A stretch of 60,060 nucleotides of DNA, filler included, from Candidatus Zhuqueibacterota bacterium (GTDB taxonomy: Bacteria > BS750m-G25), in NCBI GenBank assembly GCA_016783505.1. It is 3 parts of 3 records of this genome, joined end to end, with 100 filler letters (N's around TTAATTAATTAA, not from the genome) between each part and the next. Parts side by side here need not be neighbours in the genome. Positions count along the whole stretch, not along the records: positions 40,523 to 60,060 come from JADHWK010000040.1; 2 more parts are not named here. One strand, written 5' to 3'. The notes beneath the pieces were generated by a model. It saw only the letters and a list, made by a program, of their open reading frames with translations, ran no database searches and had not been told where the DNA came from. Both the position numbers and the translations under genes were made by a program. Shown here in pieces: positions 52,120 to 60,060 of the stretch (positions are counted from its first letter, which is position 1; the number at the start of each line of letters is the position of its first letter).

Positions 52120-53085
52120 CTAAATAGCCTCAATAGTTGAAGGCGGTTTTTTGGTTATGTTGTAAGTAACACTTACAACCCCTGATACTTCCGTTGTTAT
52201 CCTTTCTGCTAATCTATCCAAAGTTTCATAGGGAAGTCTGGTTGGTGATCCCGTTATTGCATCTTTGCTATCCCAGCATCTTACCTCTATCTGCAAGCCA
52301 TAATCCCTTTTCCCTTCTCTAACACCGGTGACTCTATCTTCATGCAAGATTGCCAAGTATTGAAATGCCTTTGTATTACATAATTCTTCTTCAACAATTT
52401 TCGTAGCTTTTCTTACAATTTCTACTCTTTCCGGCGTGATTTCTCCTATTATTCTTGCCGCTAAGGCGGGGCCCGGAAAGGGTGGCCTCTTATATATTTC
52501 CTCTGGGAGATCCAGAACCTTCGCCACCCTTCTTATCCCTGATTTTCTAAGCTGGATTAAAGGTTCTATTACTTTATATCCATATGTCTCTTCTGTATCA
52601 ATTCCAAGCTGTGCTAAGATATTGTGCTGTCTTTTAATGCCTGCCACAGTTTCTTCTACATCGGTTAAATTTGTCCCCTGCAAAAGATATTTCGCACCGC
52701 TCTCCATTACTAAATTACCAAAAACATCTTTGTAAAATGCCTGGGTAATAGCTTCTCTTTTTTCTTCAGGATCTGTGAGACCTCTTAATCCGTCAAAAAA
52801 GATCTCATTGGCATCAAAAAGTTCAACATTTACTCCCATATCTTCAAACAATGAAATGATATGTTCAGGTTCACCCTCTCTCATTATACCGTTATCAATA
52901 AAATACGTTTTGAGCCTATCACCTAAGGCTCTATGCCCTAATATAGTTACGGTTGAAGAGTCAACCCCACCAGACAAAGCATTGACAGCTAAGCCAGTTC
53001 CAACGATAGAGGAGATCTCTTCCACTTTTAGTTTTATAAATTCTTCAGGATGTAAATCCTCCGTTTTTATTTCCTCAATTTTCAT
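52120..53085 (-). CDS. GMP synthase ATP-pyrophosphatase subunit (archaeal GuaAB-like), no glutaminase domain
   Basis: ALSGGVDS, DPEEKR, LLQGT, PFPGPALAARI and KPPSTIE. Confidence 0.88.
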   Translation of the reverse strand: MKIEEIKTEDLHPEEFIKLKVEEISSIVGTGLAVNALSGGVDSSTVTILGHRALGDRLKTYFIDNGIMREGEPEHIISLFEDMGVNVELFDANEIFFDGLRGLTDPEEKREAITQAFYKDVFGNLVMESGAKYLLQGTNLTDVEETVAGIKRQHNILAQLGIDTEETYGYKVIEPLIQLRKSGIRRVAKVLDLPEEIYKRPPFPGPALAARIIGEITPERVEIVRKATKIVEEELCNTKAFQYLAILHEDRVTGVREGKRDYGLQIEVRCWDSKDAITGSPTRLPYETLDRLAERITTEVSGVVSVTYNITKKPPSTIEAI

Positions 53086-53117
53086 TATACCCTCCTAATT
53101 AGTTTGAAATAATCTAA

Positions 53118-53192
53118 TCCTTATAGATAGTAAATATCTAACTGGACGAGAGCATCTAACGGAGTTTATACTCCCAAATTAACATGTTTTTC
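53118..53192 (-). repeat. attI-like module C (partial)
   Basis: tagata.taaatatctaac.ggac.agagcatctaacggagtttatactc matches module A. Confidence 0.6.
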
Positions 53193-53254
53193 CTGGCAAC
53201 ATCGGGATTAATGCACGCTTATCGGTGAAGCTTTACTCTCGTTGCTTTCTCCTC

Positions 53255-54085
53255 CTAACTTTTACGGGTACTAAGCAGGGCCATAATAACACCTCCTAAA
53301 CCAAGCACCGAGGCGACTACCTTGACCAGCCAGCCCAGAAAGGGCACCCAACCAACTAACCCCAGAATTATTATCCCCCACAACGTCCCCCAGAGCATAT
53401 TAAGATCGGGCTTCTTCAGGGCTAAAGCCATCCTATTGCCGATAAGCTGGGCCACCGCAATGTAACCTACCAGAAATGCACAGCCGACCAGAATAATTTC
53501 CACCGGTATCAATACTATACCCACCACCGATACGGCCAGTAATATTACTAACGGAACGATCAGCACCATCCCCAGAAGCCCCCACAAGAATACTTTCAGA
53601 GTGTTTTTCTCCACCGCAGTCGAAATTTTGCCGATTGGCTTCGGGATAATCGCCACAATCAACAATGCCAGGGCTAAAAAACCGATAAAAACGACAATTC
53701 TAAAAGGCCAGAACAACCCCAGGCCTATACCTTTGCAAACAGATGTAACAGCCCAAGGAATACCAATAATGTCAACCTCAACTTCATCCCCGTATACTAT
53801 TGCTCCTTCCTCCTTTTTTATGGTTCCCCCTACCGAAACCGCATCCCCGTCCACTACTGCCCTCGGACCCAAGATAACCGAACCCCCCACCGCCACGGCA
53901 TCACCATCAACCACACCGTTTACGGTAACATCCCCGCCGATGGCCACCGCATCGCCTACCCTCATCCCTTCTTTAACCACAAGATCGCTGCCAATCTTAA
54001 CTATGTCCTTAACCCCTGCTCCAGCTATGGGAAGAAATGCCAGGGACAACCCCAAAAGCAGCAAAAAAACAATCCATTTTTTCAT
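53255..54085 (-). CDS. Bactofilin-like beta-repeat membrane protein
   Basis: Signal peptide; GDAVA(I/V)GG repeats; hydrophobic C-terminal half. Confidence 0.75.
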   Translation of the reverse strand: MKKWIVFLLLLGLSLAFLPIAGAGVKDIVKIGSDLVVKEGMRVGDAVAIGGDVTVNGVVDGDAVAVGGSVILGPRAVVDGDAVSVGGTIKKEEGAIVYGDEVEVDIIGIPWAVTSVCKGIGLGLFWPFRIVVFIGFLALALLIVAIIPKPIGKISTAVEKNTLKVFLWGLLGMVLIVPLVILLAVSVVGIVLIPVEIILVGCAFLVGYIAVAQLIGNRMALALKKPDLNMLWGTLWGIIILGLVGWVPFLGWLVKVVASVLGLGGVIMALLSTRKS

Positions 54086-54117
54086 CTTGCGTTTCTCCTT
54101 TCTATCTTCATAGCATA

Positions 54118-55233
54118 TTACTCCAGCGGCATTTCATAGACCCGGTATTTCCGCACCAGCTCCATTCCCAATTTAAGGAGGGCGCCCTTCATGGCGAAAT
54201 TGTCCTCCAGCACGTAATTCGCCTCCAGACGAGCACCCCTCGGTTTGAGCGCTTCGTAGGTACGAAGGTAGAGCAGCGTATCAATGCCCCGACGCTGATA
54301 TTCTTTGACGATGCCCAGAGCCCAGAGACGATAGCTATTGATCTTCTTGATTCCCTTCAACATTCTGAAGAATACAAAAGGAAACAACCGGCCATTCAGT
54401 TTTTTGAGAATCACATTAATGTCAGGGAAGGTGATGGAGTAGCCAATGGGCTCGCCTTTGGCTTCTACGATGAAAACTATACTGGGGTCTAGGATCCGCT
54501 TGACTTCCTTGGCGATGCTGGTGGCTTCGGCATCAGTCACCGGGGAGAATCCCCAGTTTCCATCAATTGAGCGATTGGTCAGCCCTGTTATGATGCGGAT
54601 GTCCCGGACTAGGTGCTTTGGGTCCACTGTACGCACCCTGATGCCATACTTATTTTTAATTCTCTGGGAGTATCTCTTAAAGCGCTCGGGCAGCTCCCAT
54701 ACGGCCATATCTACCGCGTAGGCTTCCAGGTCTTTGGCCTTGGTCAGGCCGAAGGCCCCCATTTGATTGTTGTAATAGGGCGGGTTGTAGGGTGACATAA
54801 GGACTGGCGAGTAATCGAACCCTTCGATGATGAATCCTGCATTCTGGACCTCAAAATTAATGGGGCTGGGGCCGCGCATAGTCGTCATCCCCCGGGCCAC
54901 TAACCAATCCCGGGCCACGGTCAGGAGGGCCCGGGAAGTATCGGTGCAATCCACACACTCGTATGAGCCGAAACTGCCTATCTTCGTTCCCCAATATTCA
55001 TTGGCATGACGATCAATAAAAACTGCTATCCGTCCCATTAGCTCTCCGTCATCATAAGCCACAAAGTAGGCATAATCGCAATGTAGGAGCATCGGATTCC
55101 GGCGGCCGTCAAACATCTTCTTCTGCTCGCTCCTTAAAGGCGGCACCCAATAGGGATCATTTCGGTACAATTTATAAGGGAGTTCCAGAAAGCGCCGAAG
55201 TTCCCGCCGTGAAGTTACCTCTCTAATCTCCAT
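54118..55233 (-). CDS. YghO-like GNAT N-acetyltransferase
   Basis: WVPPL, GRIA, YNPPYY and EYQRRGID. Confidence 0.85.
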   Translation of the reverse strand: MEIREVTSRRELRRFLELPYKLYRNDPYWVPPLRSEQKKMFDGRRNPMLLHCDYAYFVAYDDGELMGRIAVFIDRHANEYWGTKIGSFGSYECVDCTDTSRALLTVARDWLVARGMTTMRGPSPINFEVQNAGFIIEGFDYSPVLMSPYNPPYYNNQMGAFGLTKAKDLEAYAVDMAVWELPERFKRYSQRIKNKYGIRVRTVDPKHLVRDIRIITGLTNRSIDGNWGFSPVTDAEATSIAKEVKRILDPSIVFIVEAKGEPIGYSITFPDINVILKKLNGRLFPFVFFRMLKGIKKINSYRLWALGIVKEYQRRGIDTLLYLRTYEALKPRGARLEANYVLEDNFAMKGALLKLGMELVRKYRVYEMPLE

Positions 55234-55253
55234 TTATTGATAAGGTGTTATAC
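55234..55253 (-). other. Truncated attC half-site
   Basis: Minus strand GCGTATAACaccttatcaa after a small gene; the right arm is missing. Confidence 0.35.
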
Positions 55254-55289
55254 GCAACGAATGAGTGGGTGTAGTGAGCGAGGAATCGC

Positions 55290-55505
55290 TTATTTCCCAA
55301 ATGCTTTGTATGTTGGTTTTATCCCTGCTAACACGCCAATTACAGCATACCAATACCAGTCTAAACTAAGCAACGGCTCCCAAAGTTTTGCTATCATTAG
55401 AACAAAACCAGCACCGCAAAGTTGTAGTAGTTTTACGTCTACCCAGCTTAATTCTGCCTTTTTTACTGTTGAATTTACCCAGGTTATAAAACCCATATTT
55501 TTCAC
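55290..55505 (-). CDS. Small membrane protein
   Basis: Two hydrophobic segments; AAGGAGGT RBS. Confidence 0.65.
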   Translation of the reverse strand: MKNMGFITWVNSTVKKAELSWVDVKLLQLCGAGFVLMIAKLWEPLLSLDWYWYAVIGVLAGIKPTYKAFGK

Positions 55506-55637
55506 ACCTCCTTATTGTTTGGATTCGCTAGCCCAATTGATAGATATAAATTCCTATCCTAATCTAAATGGGAATCCCGAATATTCGGGATAAAACATCT
55601 CTAAAAACATCTAATCCAATTGACCAGTCAGGCATCC

Positions 55638-55893
55638 GGGGCTGTGGTAGAACTATCGCGATTGATAATTTAGGGGTTATGTTTAGAACCGCTCTAAAGA
55701 GCGGTTCTGGTTAAATGGCTATTAAAGAAAGCTTTAACCAGTCCGCTGTACCCGGTCCCAAGATCGCTTTGCGACTAGGGTAGGAGGCTACGCCCAACCT
55801 TATCCCGATGCTTCGGGATAGGTTCTGCCCCTTGCTGGGCAGGCGAGATCTTCAGACGGAAAATCAACAATTTTTGGGTTGTGCCACAGGCCC
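55638..55893. mobile_element. MITE family A, copy 4
   Basis: Terminal inverted repeats GGGGCTGTGGTAGAACT / GGTTGTGCCACAGGCCC; interior shared with copy 3. Confidence 0.75.
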
Positions 55894-55930
55894 ATTCGAC
55901 TGATTGGATTTACAAATAACCCTTAGATTG

Positions 55931-57712
55931 CTATCCTTTCACTTCAACCTCAGCACCTGAAGTCTTGATCAATCCCTGAACCTGGCCCTTTATATTCTCG
56001 CTTATCCGATCAAAATCGGTCAATCTATCCTCGGGGATAAATCTGACTTTGGCAATCTCCTCCCTGACCGGTAAGGAAAAGATTTCCTTAATGGGAACAC
56101 CCCTTGCCACTGCCTCCCTGGCCCGGCGGTGAAATTCCAGGACGATCTTGAGCATTCGATACTGCTTCGCAAAAGATGTGTAGGTATCAATCTCATCGAA
56201 GGCGTTTTGGTGGAGGAAGTCCTCCCGGATGGAGCGGGCCGTCTCCAGCGTCAGCCGATCTTCACTGGAGAGGGCGTCCACCCCCACCAGGCGGGCGATC
56301 TCCTTTAAGTCGGCCTCCTTCTGAAGCAGGGCCATGGTCTCCTGACGCACCTGCGGCCAGTCTTCACTGATCTCCTTCAGGAAGAACTCCTTGAGGTTGT
56401 CATGGTAAAGTGAGTAGCTGGTGAGCCAGTTGATGGCCGGGAAGTGTCTTTCATAGGCCAGCCAGTCCTCCAGGCTCCAGAAGACCTTAACGACCTTCAG
56501 GGTGGCCTGGACTACCGGATCTGATAAGTCACCACCTGGGGGGGATACGGCTCCGATGGCGCTCAGAGCCCCTATCCTATTGTCGCTGGAAAGACAGCGG
56601 ACGCGGCCGGCCCGTTCATAGAATTCCGCCAGCCTGGTGGGCAGGTAGGCGGGATATCCCTCTTCACCGGGCATCTCTTCCAGCCGCCCCGACATCTCCC
56701 TTAAGGCCTCGGCCCAGCGGGAGGTGGAGTCAGCCATCAGGGCCACGCTGTAGCCCATATCGCGGAAATACTCGGCAATGGTGATACCGGTATATATGGA
56801 GGCCTCACGGGCCGCTACCGGCATATTGGAGGTGTTGGCGATGAGAACGGTGCGCTTCATCAGGGGCTCCCCGGTCCTGGGATCCTTAAGCATGGGAAAT
56901 TCCATCAATACACTGGTCATCTCGTTGCCCCGTTCGCCGCAGCCCACATAGACGATAATCTCGGCATCGGCCCACTTTGCTAACTGATGTTGAATAATCG
57001 TCTTCCCACTTCCAAATGGACCGGGCACACAGGCCGTTCCTCCCTTGCCAATGGGAAACAGGGCATCTATAACCCGCTGTCCCGTAACTAAGGGAGTTTC
57101 AGGCATCAGTTTTTCCTGATAAGGCCGGAGTTTTCGCACCGGCCATCTCTGCATCATCGTTATGTCCTGGATGTCTTCTGGTCCTTTCACCTTAGCGACG
57201 GTCTCCTCAACTGTAAATTCGCCCTCTTTTATCTCTACGATCTCTCCTTCAACGCCATGGGGAATCATAATCTTATGAAGGACCACCTTGGTTTCCTGCA
57301 CTGTTCCGATAATATCCCCGGAGCTGACCTTATCGCCGTTCTTTACCGTGGGTTGAAATTTCCATTTCTTTTCCCTATCGAGACCGGGAAGGCTAATGCC
57401 CCGGGTGACGTAATCCCCCACCATCTGGCGGATGACATCTAAGGGCCGCTGGATGCCGTCATAGATGGATGTGATCAGGCCGGGGCCCAATTCCACGCTC
57501 AGGGGTTCACCGGTGGAAACGACCTTCTCCCCGGGACCAATGCCCCCCGTCTCCTCGTAGACCTGAATGGAAGCCTTATCGCCCCGCAGTTCAATAATCT
57601 CCCCGATAAGGTTCTTATCGCTGACCTTCACCACATCAAACATCCTGGCATCGTCCATGCCATCGGCCACCACCAAAGGCCCAGATACCTTGATAATCTT
57701 TCCCTCTTTCAT
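55931..57712 (-). CDS. ntpA: V/A-type ATP synthase subunit A
   Basis: [17 protein letters not shown] and [11 protein letters not shown]; no intein. Confidence 0.97.
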   Translation of the reverse strand: MKEGKIIKVSGPLVVADGMDDARMFDVVKVSDKNLIGEIIELRGDKASIQVYEETGGIGPGEKVVSTGEPLSVELGPGLITSIYDGIQRPLDVIRQMVGDYVTRGISLPGLDREKKWKFQPTVKNGDKVSSGDIIGTVQETKVVLHKIMIPHGVEGEIVEIKEGEFTVEETVAKVKGPEDIQDITMMQRWPVRKLRPYQEKLMPETPLVTGQRVIDALFPIGKGGTACVPGPFGSGKTIIQHQLAKWADAEIIVYVGCGERGNEMTSVLMEFPMLKDPRTGEPLMKRTVLIANTSNMPVAAREASIYTGITIAEYFRDMGYSVALMADSTSRWAEALREMSGRLEEMPGEEGYPAYLPTRLAEFYERAGRVRCLSSDNRIGALSAIGAVSPPGGDLSDPVVQATLKVVKVFWSLEDWLAYERHFPAINWLTSYSLYHDNLKEFFLKEISEDWPQVRQETMALLQKEADLKEIARLVGVDALSSEDRLTLETARSIREDFLHQNAFDEIDTYTSFAKQYRMLKIVLEFHRRAREAVARGVPIKEIFSLPVREEIAKVRFIPEDRLTDFDRISENIKGQVQGLIKTSGAEVEVKG

Positions 57713-58020
57713 CCTTAATCCTCTATAGAAAAATAGCAACAATTCACCACGGAATATCGCGGAACTACACAGAAGCCTTCATCCCGCTTGGGCGGGACAT
57801 CAGCTCTAATTTTGTTCACGATTTTTCAAGGCTAGAAATAGGAATATTAACAGGGGTTAATACGGCTTAAACTCATCGCCATTTTTAGCCTTTTTAGCCC
57901 TTCATACCTTCTTTAGCCTTTTGAAGCCTTTTACAGCCTTTTTCAGCCTCCTCGTTACTTATTAAAGTCTTGAGAACTTTAGTTCGTTAGGATTTCAGAA
58001 ACTGATTTCTCCTTTGTGCC

Positions 58021-58326
58021 TTACAAAATATCAGCACCAACCGCTTTCCTAACGGCCCTTTTGATCTCTTCTGTTCCCAATCCCTGGCTTCCCCTAAGAT
58101 TGGGAAGGACGGTAATGCTGGGCAAGGTTTTATCCCTGATTTCATCAATCTGCTCTCGGCAGGCCCTGAAAACCCCCTCGGTGACGAAGATGATGGAGTA
58201 ATTCCCTGTCAAGGCCCTGGCTAAGACCTCCTTCTCCTCCCCGTCCTTTACAAAATAGAGTGATAATCCAAAGGCTTTAAAGGCCCAGATAGAATCCCTA
58301 TCCCCCACCATGGCGATTTTAGACAT
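58021..58326 (-). CDS. V/A-type ATP synthase subunit F
   Basis: KIAMVGDRDS..FKAFG, IIFVTE and RKAVGADIL. Confidence 0.93.
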   Translation of the reverse strand: MSKIAMVGDRDSIWAFKAFGLSLYFVKDGEEKEVLARALTGNYSIIFVTEGVFRACREQIDEIRDKTLPSITVLPNLRGSQGLGTEEIKRAVRKAVGADIL

Positions 58327-58346
58327 AGACAATCCCAGTTATTGCC

Positions 58347-58406
58347 GTTTAGCAGTTGAGCTAACGCGCGCGGTTTATCGCGTCGCTGTTCAGTGCCTTG
58401 TTAGGT
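58347..58406 (-). other. attC site 6 (R' GTT changed to GCT)
   Basis: Minus strand ACCTAACAAGGCACTGAACAGCGACGCG..CGCGCGCGTTAG..GCTAAAC. Confidence 0.8.
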
Positions 58407-58468
58407 TTTGTTTTCATCTTAGCGGACTCTTTCCATTCCCCTCCAGCTCCTTTCGTCTGAAATCCGTG

Positions 58469-59242
58469 CTACGTCCAGATGGCGATCAGGGCCATAAGGC
58501 CGAACCCACACATGATGAGAAGACTTTTACGCCAGCGGTCATGGGGTTGCTCGAAAACTTCCTGGATAATGTCGACCACCGCAACATAAAGAAACGTTCC
58601 CGCGGCAAAAGCATCAAAACTCCCCTCAAATATGGCATCCAAATTGCCCGAAAATACCGTTGAGAGGACCGTTCCGAGAATCACTCCAAAGGGAGTCATG
58701 GCAGAAAATAAGCAAATGATTGCGACATGCCTGGAGGTGGGAAAATCACTTTCTCTCAGACTGACGCCGAGCGCAAAGGCAGCCGCTCCCTTGTGTGCGA
58801 TGATGGCAATGAATATGGCTATAGATGATGCCAGTGTTGCCTCCAGCCCCAATGATGCTCCTGCGATGATTGAGTGAACCGAAAGGATGACGCAAAGCAC
58901 GAAAGGGTAGACACGCCGCCCCTTGGACATCGTTCCCACATCCTTGCTTCCGCCCAATCCCGCCTTTTCCAGCAACAGCACGAGGAGAAATCCCACACCA
59001 CAAATGAGAGCGGGGAAAGGGAAATCAATGTCTCCCGCAAACGCTTTGAAGTTTTCCCACGCATCCGGAAGCATGTGCAGGAGTCCGGCACCAAGGAACA
59101 CGCCACCGGAAAAGGCATGGCCCAGCGTTAGCTGTCGCTTTCCTTGCTGGGACACCCTCATTCGTGTGGGCGTGATTCCCGCGAACAAACCTGCGGCAAA
59201 AATAACTAAAAGAGAAAGAATCTTGAACCAGAGTATTTCCAT
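58469..59242 (-). CDS. Cassette-borne ZIP metal transporter
   Basis: FSGGVFL..LHMLP, HSIIAG, IAHKG and AAGTFLYV; cassette ends GTTAGGT / ACCTAAC match 7/7. Confidence 0.9.
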   Translation of the reverse strand: MEILWFKILSLLVIFAAGLFAGITPTRMRVSQQGKRQLTLGHAFSGGVFLGAGLLHMLPDAWENFKAFAGDIDFPFPALICGVGFLLVLLLEKAGLGGSKDVGTMSKGRRVYPFVLCVILSVHSIIAGASLGLEATLASSIAIFIAIIAHKGAAAFALGVSLRESDFPTSRHVAIICLFSAMTPFGVILGTVLSTVFSGNLDAIFEGSFDAFAAGTFLYVAVVDIIQEVFEQPHDRWRKSLLIMCGFGLMALIAIWT

Positions 59243-59250
59243 GATCGATG

Positions 59251-59290
59251 ACCTAACATATTATTCACCCGCACGTTTATAAGTATTGAC
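59251..59290 (-). other. attI-like site heading the ZIP cassette
   Basis: Minus strand GCGGGTGAATAATAT-GTTAGGT, similar to the site at 47327; no attC hairpin. Confidence 0.55.
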
Positions 59291-59504
59291 AATCGAATCT
59301 TATGGTTAAACTCATAAATTTTAAGTACATGGATTCATATATTAAGTCTCTACCTAACTACAGCTAATATATCATCTTCAACCTTGCTTCCAGGGTTACC
59401 CGATCTATACCAAGAGCGATCAGACACCGTTTGCAACGGTGTCTTTTAATCTCCTGTAATTTAAAAAAGTTACCTAAAACACCCGTAGGGTGTTTGATCA
59501 CTTT

Positions 59505-59612
59505 TTGCTAAGCCCTTCTTTCCGCTCCGTCCTTTACAAAATAGAGTGATAACCCAAAGGCTTTAAAGGCCCAGATAGAATCCCTGTCCCCCACCATGGC
59601 GATTTTTGACAT
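59505..59612 (-). pseudogene. Truncated duplicate of the 5' end of the ATPase subunit F gene
   Basis: MSKIAMVGDRDSIWAFKAFGLSLYFVKDG near-identical to the start of 58021-58326, then a frameshift and truncation. Confidence 0.92.
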
Positions 59613-59632
59613 AGATAACCGACCTTATTATT

Positions 59633-59689
59633 GTTTAATGAAGAAGCTTACAGGCGCCACTAGGCGTCCGGTGCAGCACCTGGATGGCC
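59633..59689 (-). other. Degenerate attC site 7
   Basis: Minus strand GGCCATC-CAGGTGCTGCACCGGACGCC..GGCGCCTGTAAGC..ATTAAAC; both R boxes mutated. Confidence 0.6.
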
Positions 59690-60043
59690 CCCTGACCTGT
59701 TTCCTTTTAGCCAAAAATCAAACGACCGACCCGGCACGAAAATATCCAAACCAATGGAAGGTTCGTCCGAAGGATTCATGACAACATGTGGCTCTCCACT
59801 TGGAATGTAGGCAGCATCGCCTTCGCAAAGATGTTGTTCACCGTCGTTGTCCGTAATGATTGAAAGTCTTCCTTTTAGAACTACAAGAACCTGTGCGTTG
59901 GAGTGGTCGTGTCGGGGAGAGGCGTGCTTCTGTGGCTTGACGAAATGCTCAACTGAGATGTCATCTTGATTGCAAATGCTAACCCGTTTCCAGTCCTTTT
60001 CAGGTTCATAATTCTCGGCTTGGTTAAAATGAATAACCTTCAT
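59660..60043 (-). CDS. Cupin-domain protein (cassette-like)
   Basis: HDH..Q..VLKG and IPSGEPH; AAGGAG RBS; reads into attC 7. Confidence 0.85.
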   Translation of the reverse strand: MKVIHFNQAENYEPEKDWKRVSICNQDDISVEHFVKPQKHASPRHDHSNAQVLVVLKGRLSIITDNDGEQHLCEGDAAYIPSGEPHVVMNPSDEPSIGLDIFVPGRSFDFWLKGNRSGGHPGAAPDA

Positions 60044-60060
60044 TTGATTTCTCCTTGGGG

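Noticed and set aside
57880-57950. TTTTAGCC-like repeats between subunits F and A as an attC
   Set aside because: Degenerate tandem 9-10-mers without R boxes or a hairpin
529-59282. Antisense and alternate-frame ORFs in the ORF track
   Set aside because: Shadows of confidently identified genes with no motifs of their own
1-60060. CRISPR array or cas genes
   Set aside because: No regularly spaced identical repeats with unique spacers; repeats are palindromic, tandem or gene-spaced
45492-60060. Integron integrase gene
   Set aside because: No ORF with tyrosine-recombinase motifs on either strand; spacers beside the attI-like sites are too short

Overview
Three contig fragments joined by artificial N44-TTAATTAATTAA-N44 linkers (20587-20686, 40423-40522) from an anaerobic bacterium. 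PorV/UPF0164, DUF1844 and remnants of T9SS/FlgD-type C-termini point to an FCB-related candidate phylum (inference). Housekeeping genes (acyl-CoA ligase, EF-G, sdhCDAB, two ECF sigma factors, YifB/ComM, ltaE, tRNA-Pro, V/A-type ATPase F/A/B/D) are interleaved with toxin-antitoxin pairs, palindromic micro-elements, MITEs and an RT-deleted group IIC intron. The main signal is in the V/A-ATPase operon (45492-60060). It is split by several small integron-type cassette arrays: 6 full-length attC or attC-like sites, one half-site, about 5 attI-like sites, and no intI in the window. All are co-oriented with the operon and carry HEPN, PIN-like and PD-(D/E)xK cargo. Every attC whose recombination could delete an ATPase gene has lost its GTT crossover triplet. 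Other notable items: a class I HMG-CoA-reductase-fold protein with its catalytic residues replaced, an unannotated 20-aa sORF with its own promoter and terminator, an orphan TPP-riboswitch variant, an SdhA lacking the FAD-linking His and the catalytic Arg, and repeated duplication of gene ends next to insertions. Family calls come from motif recognition by eye; no database searches were run.
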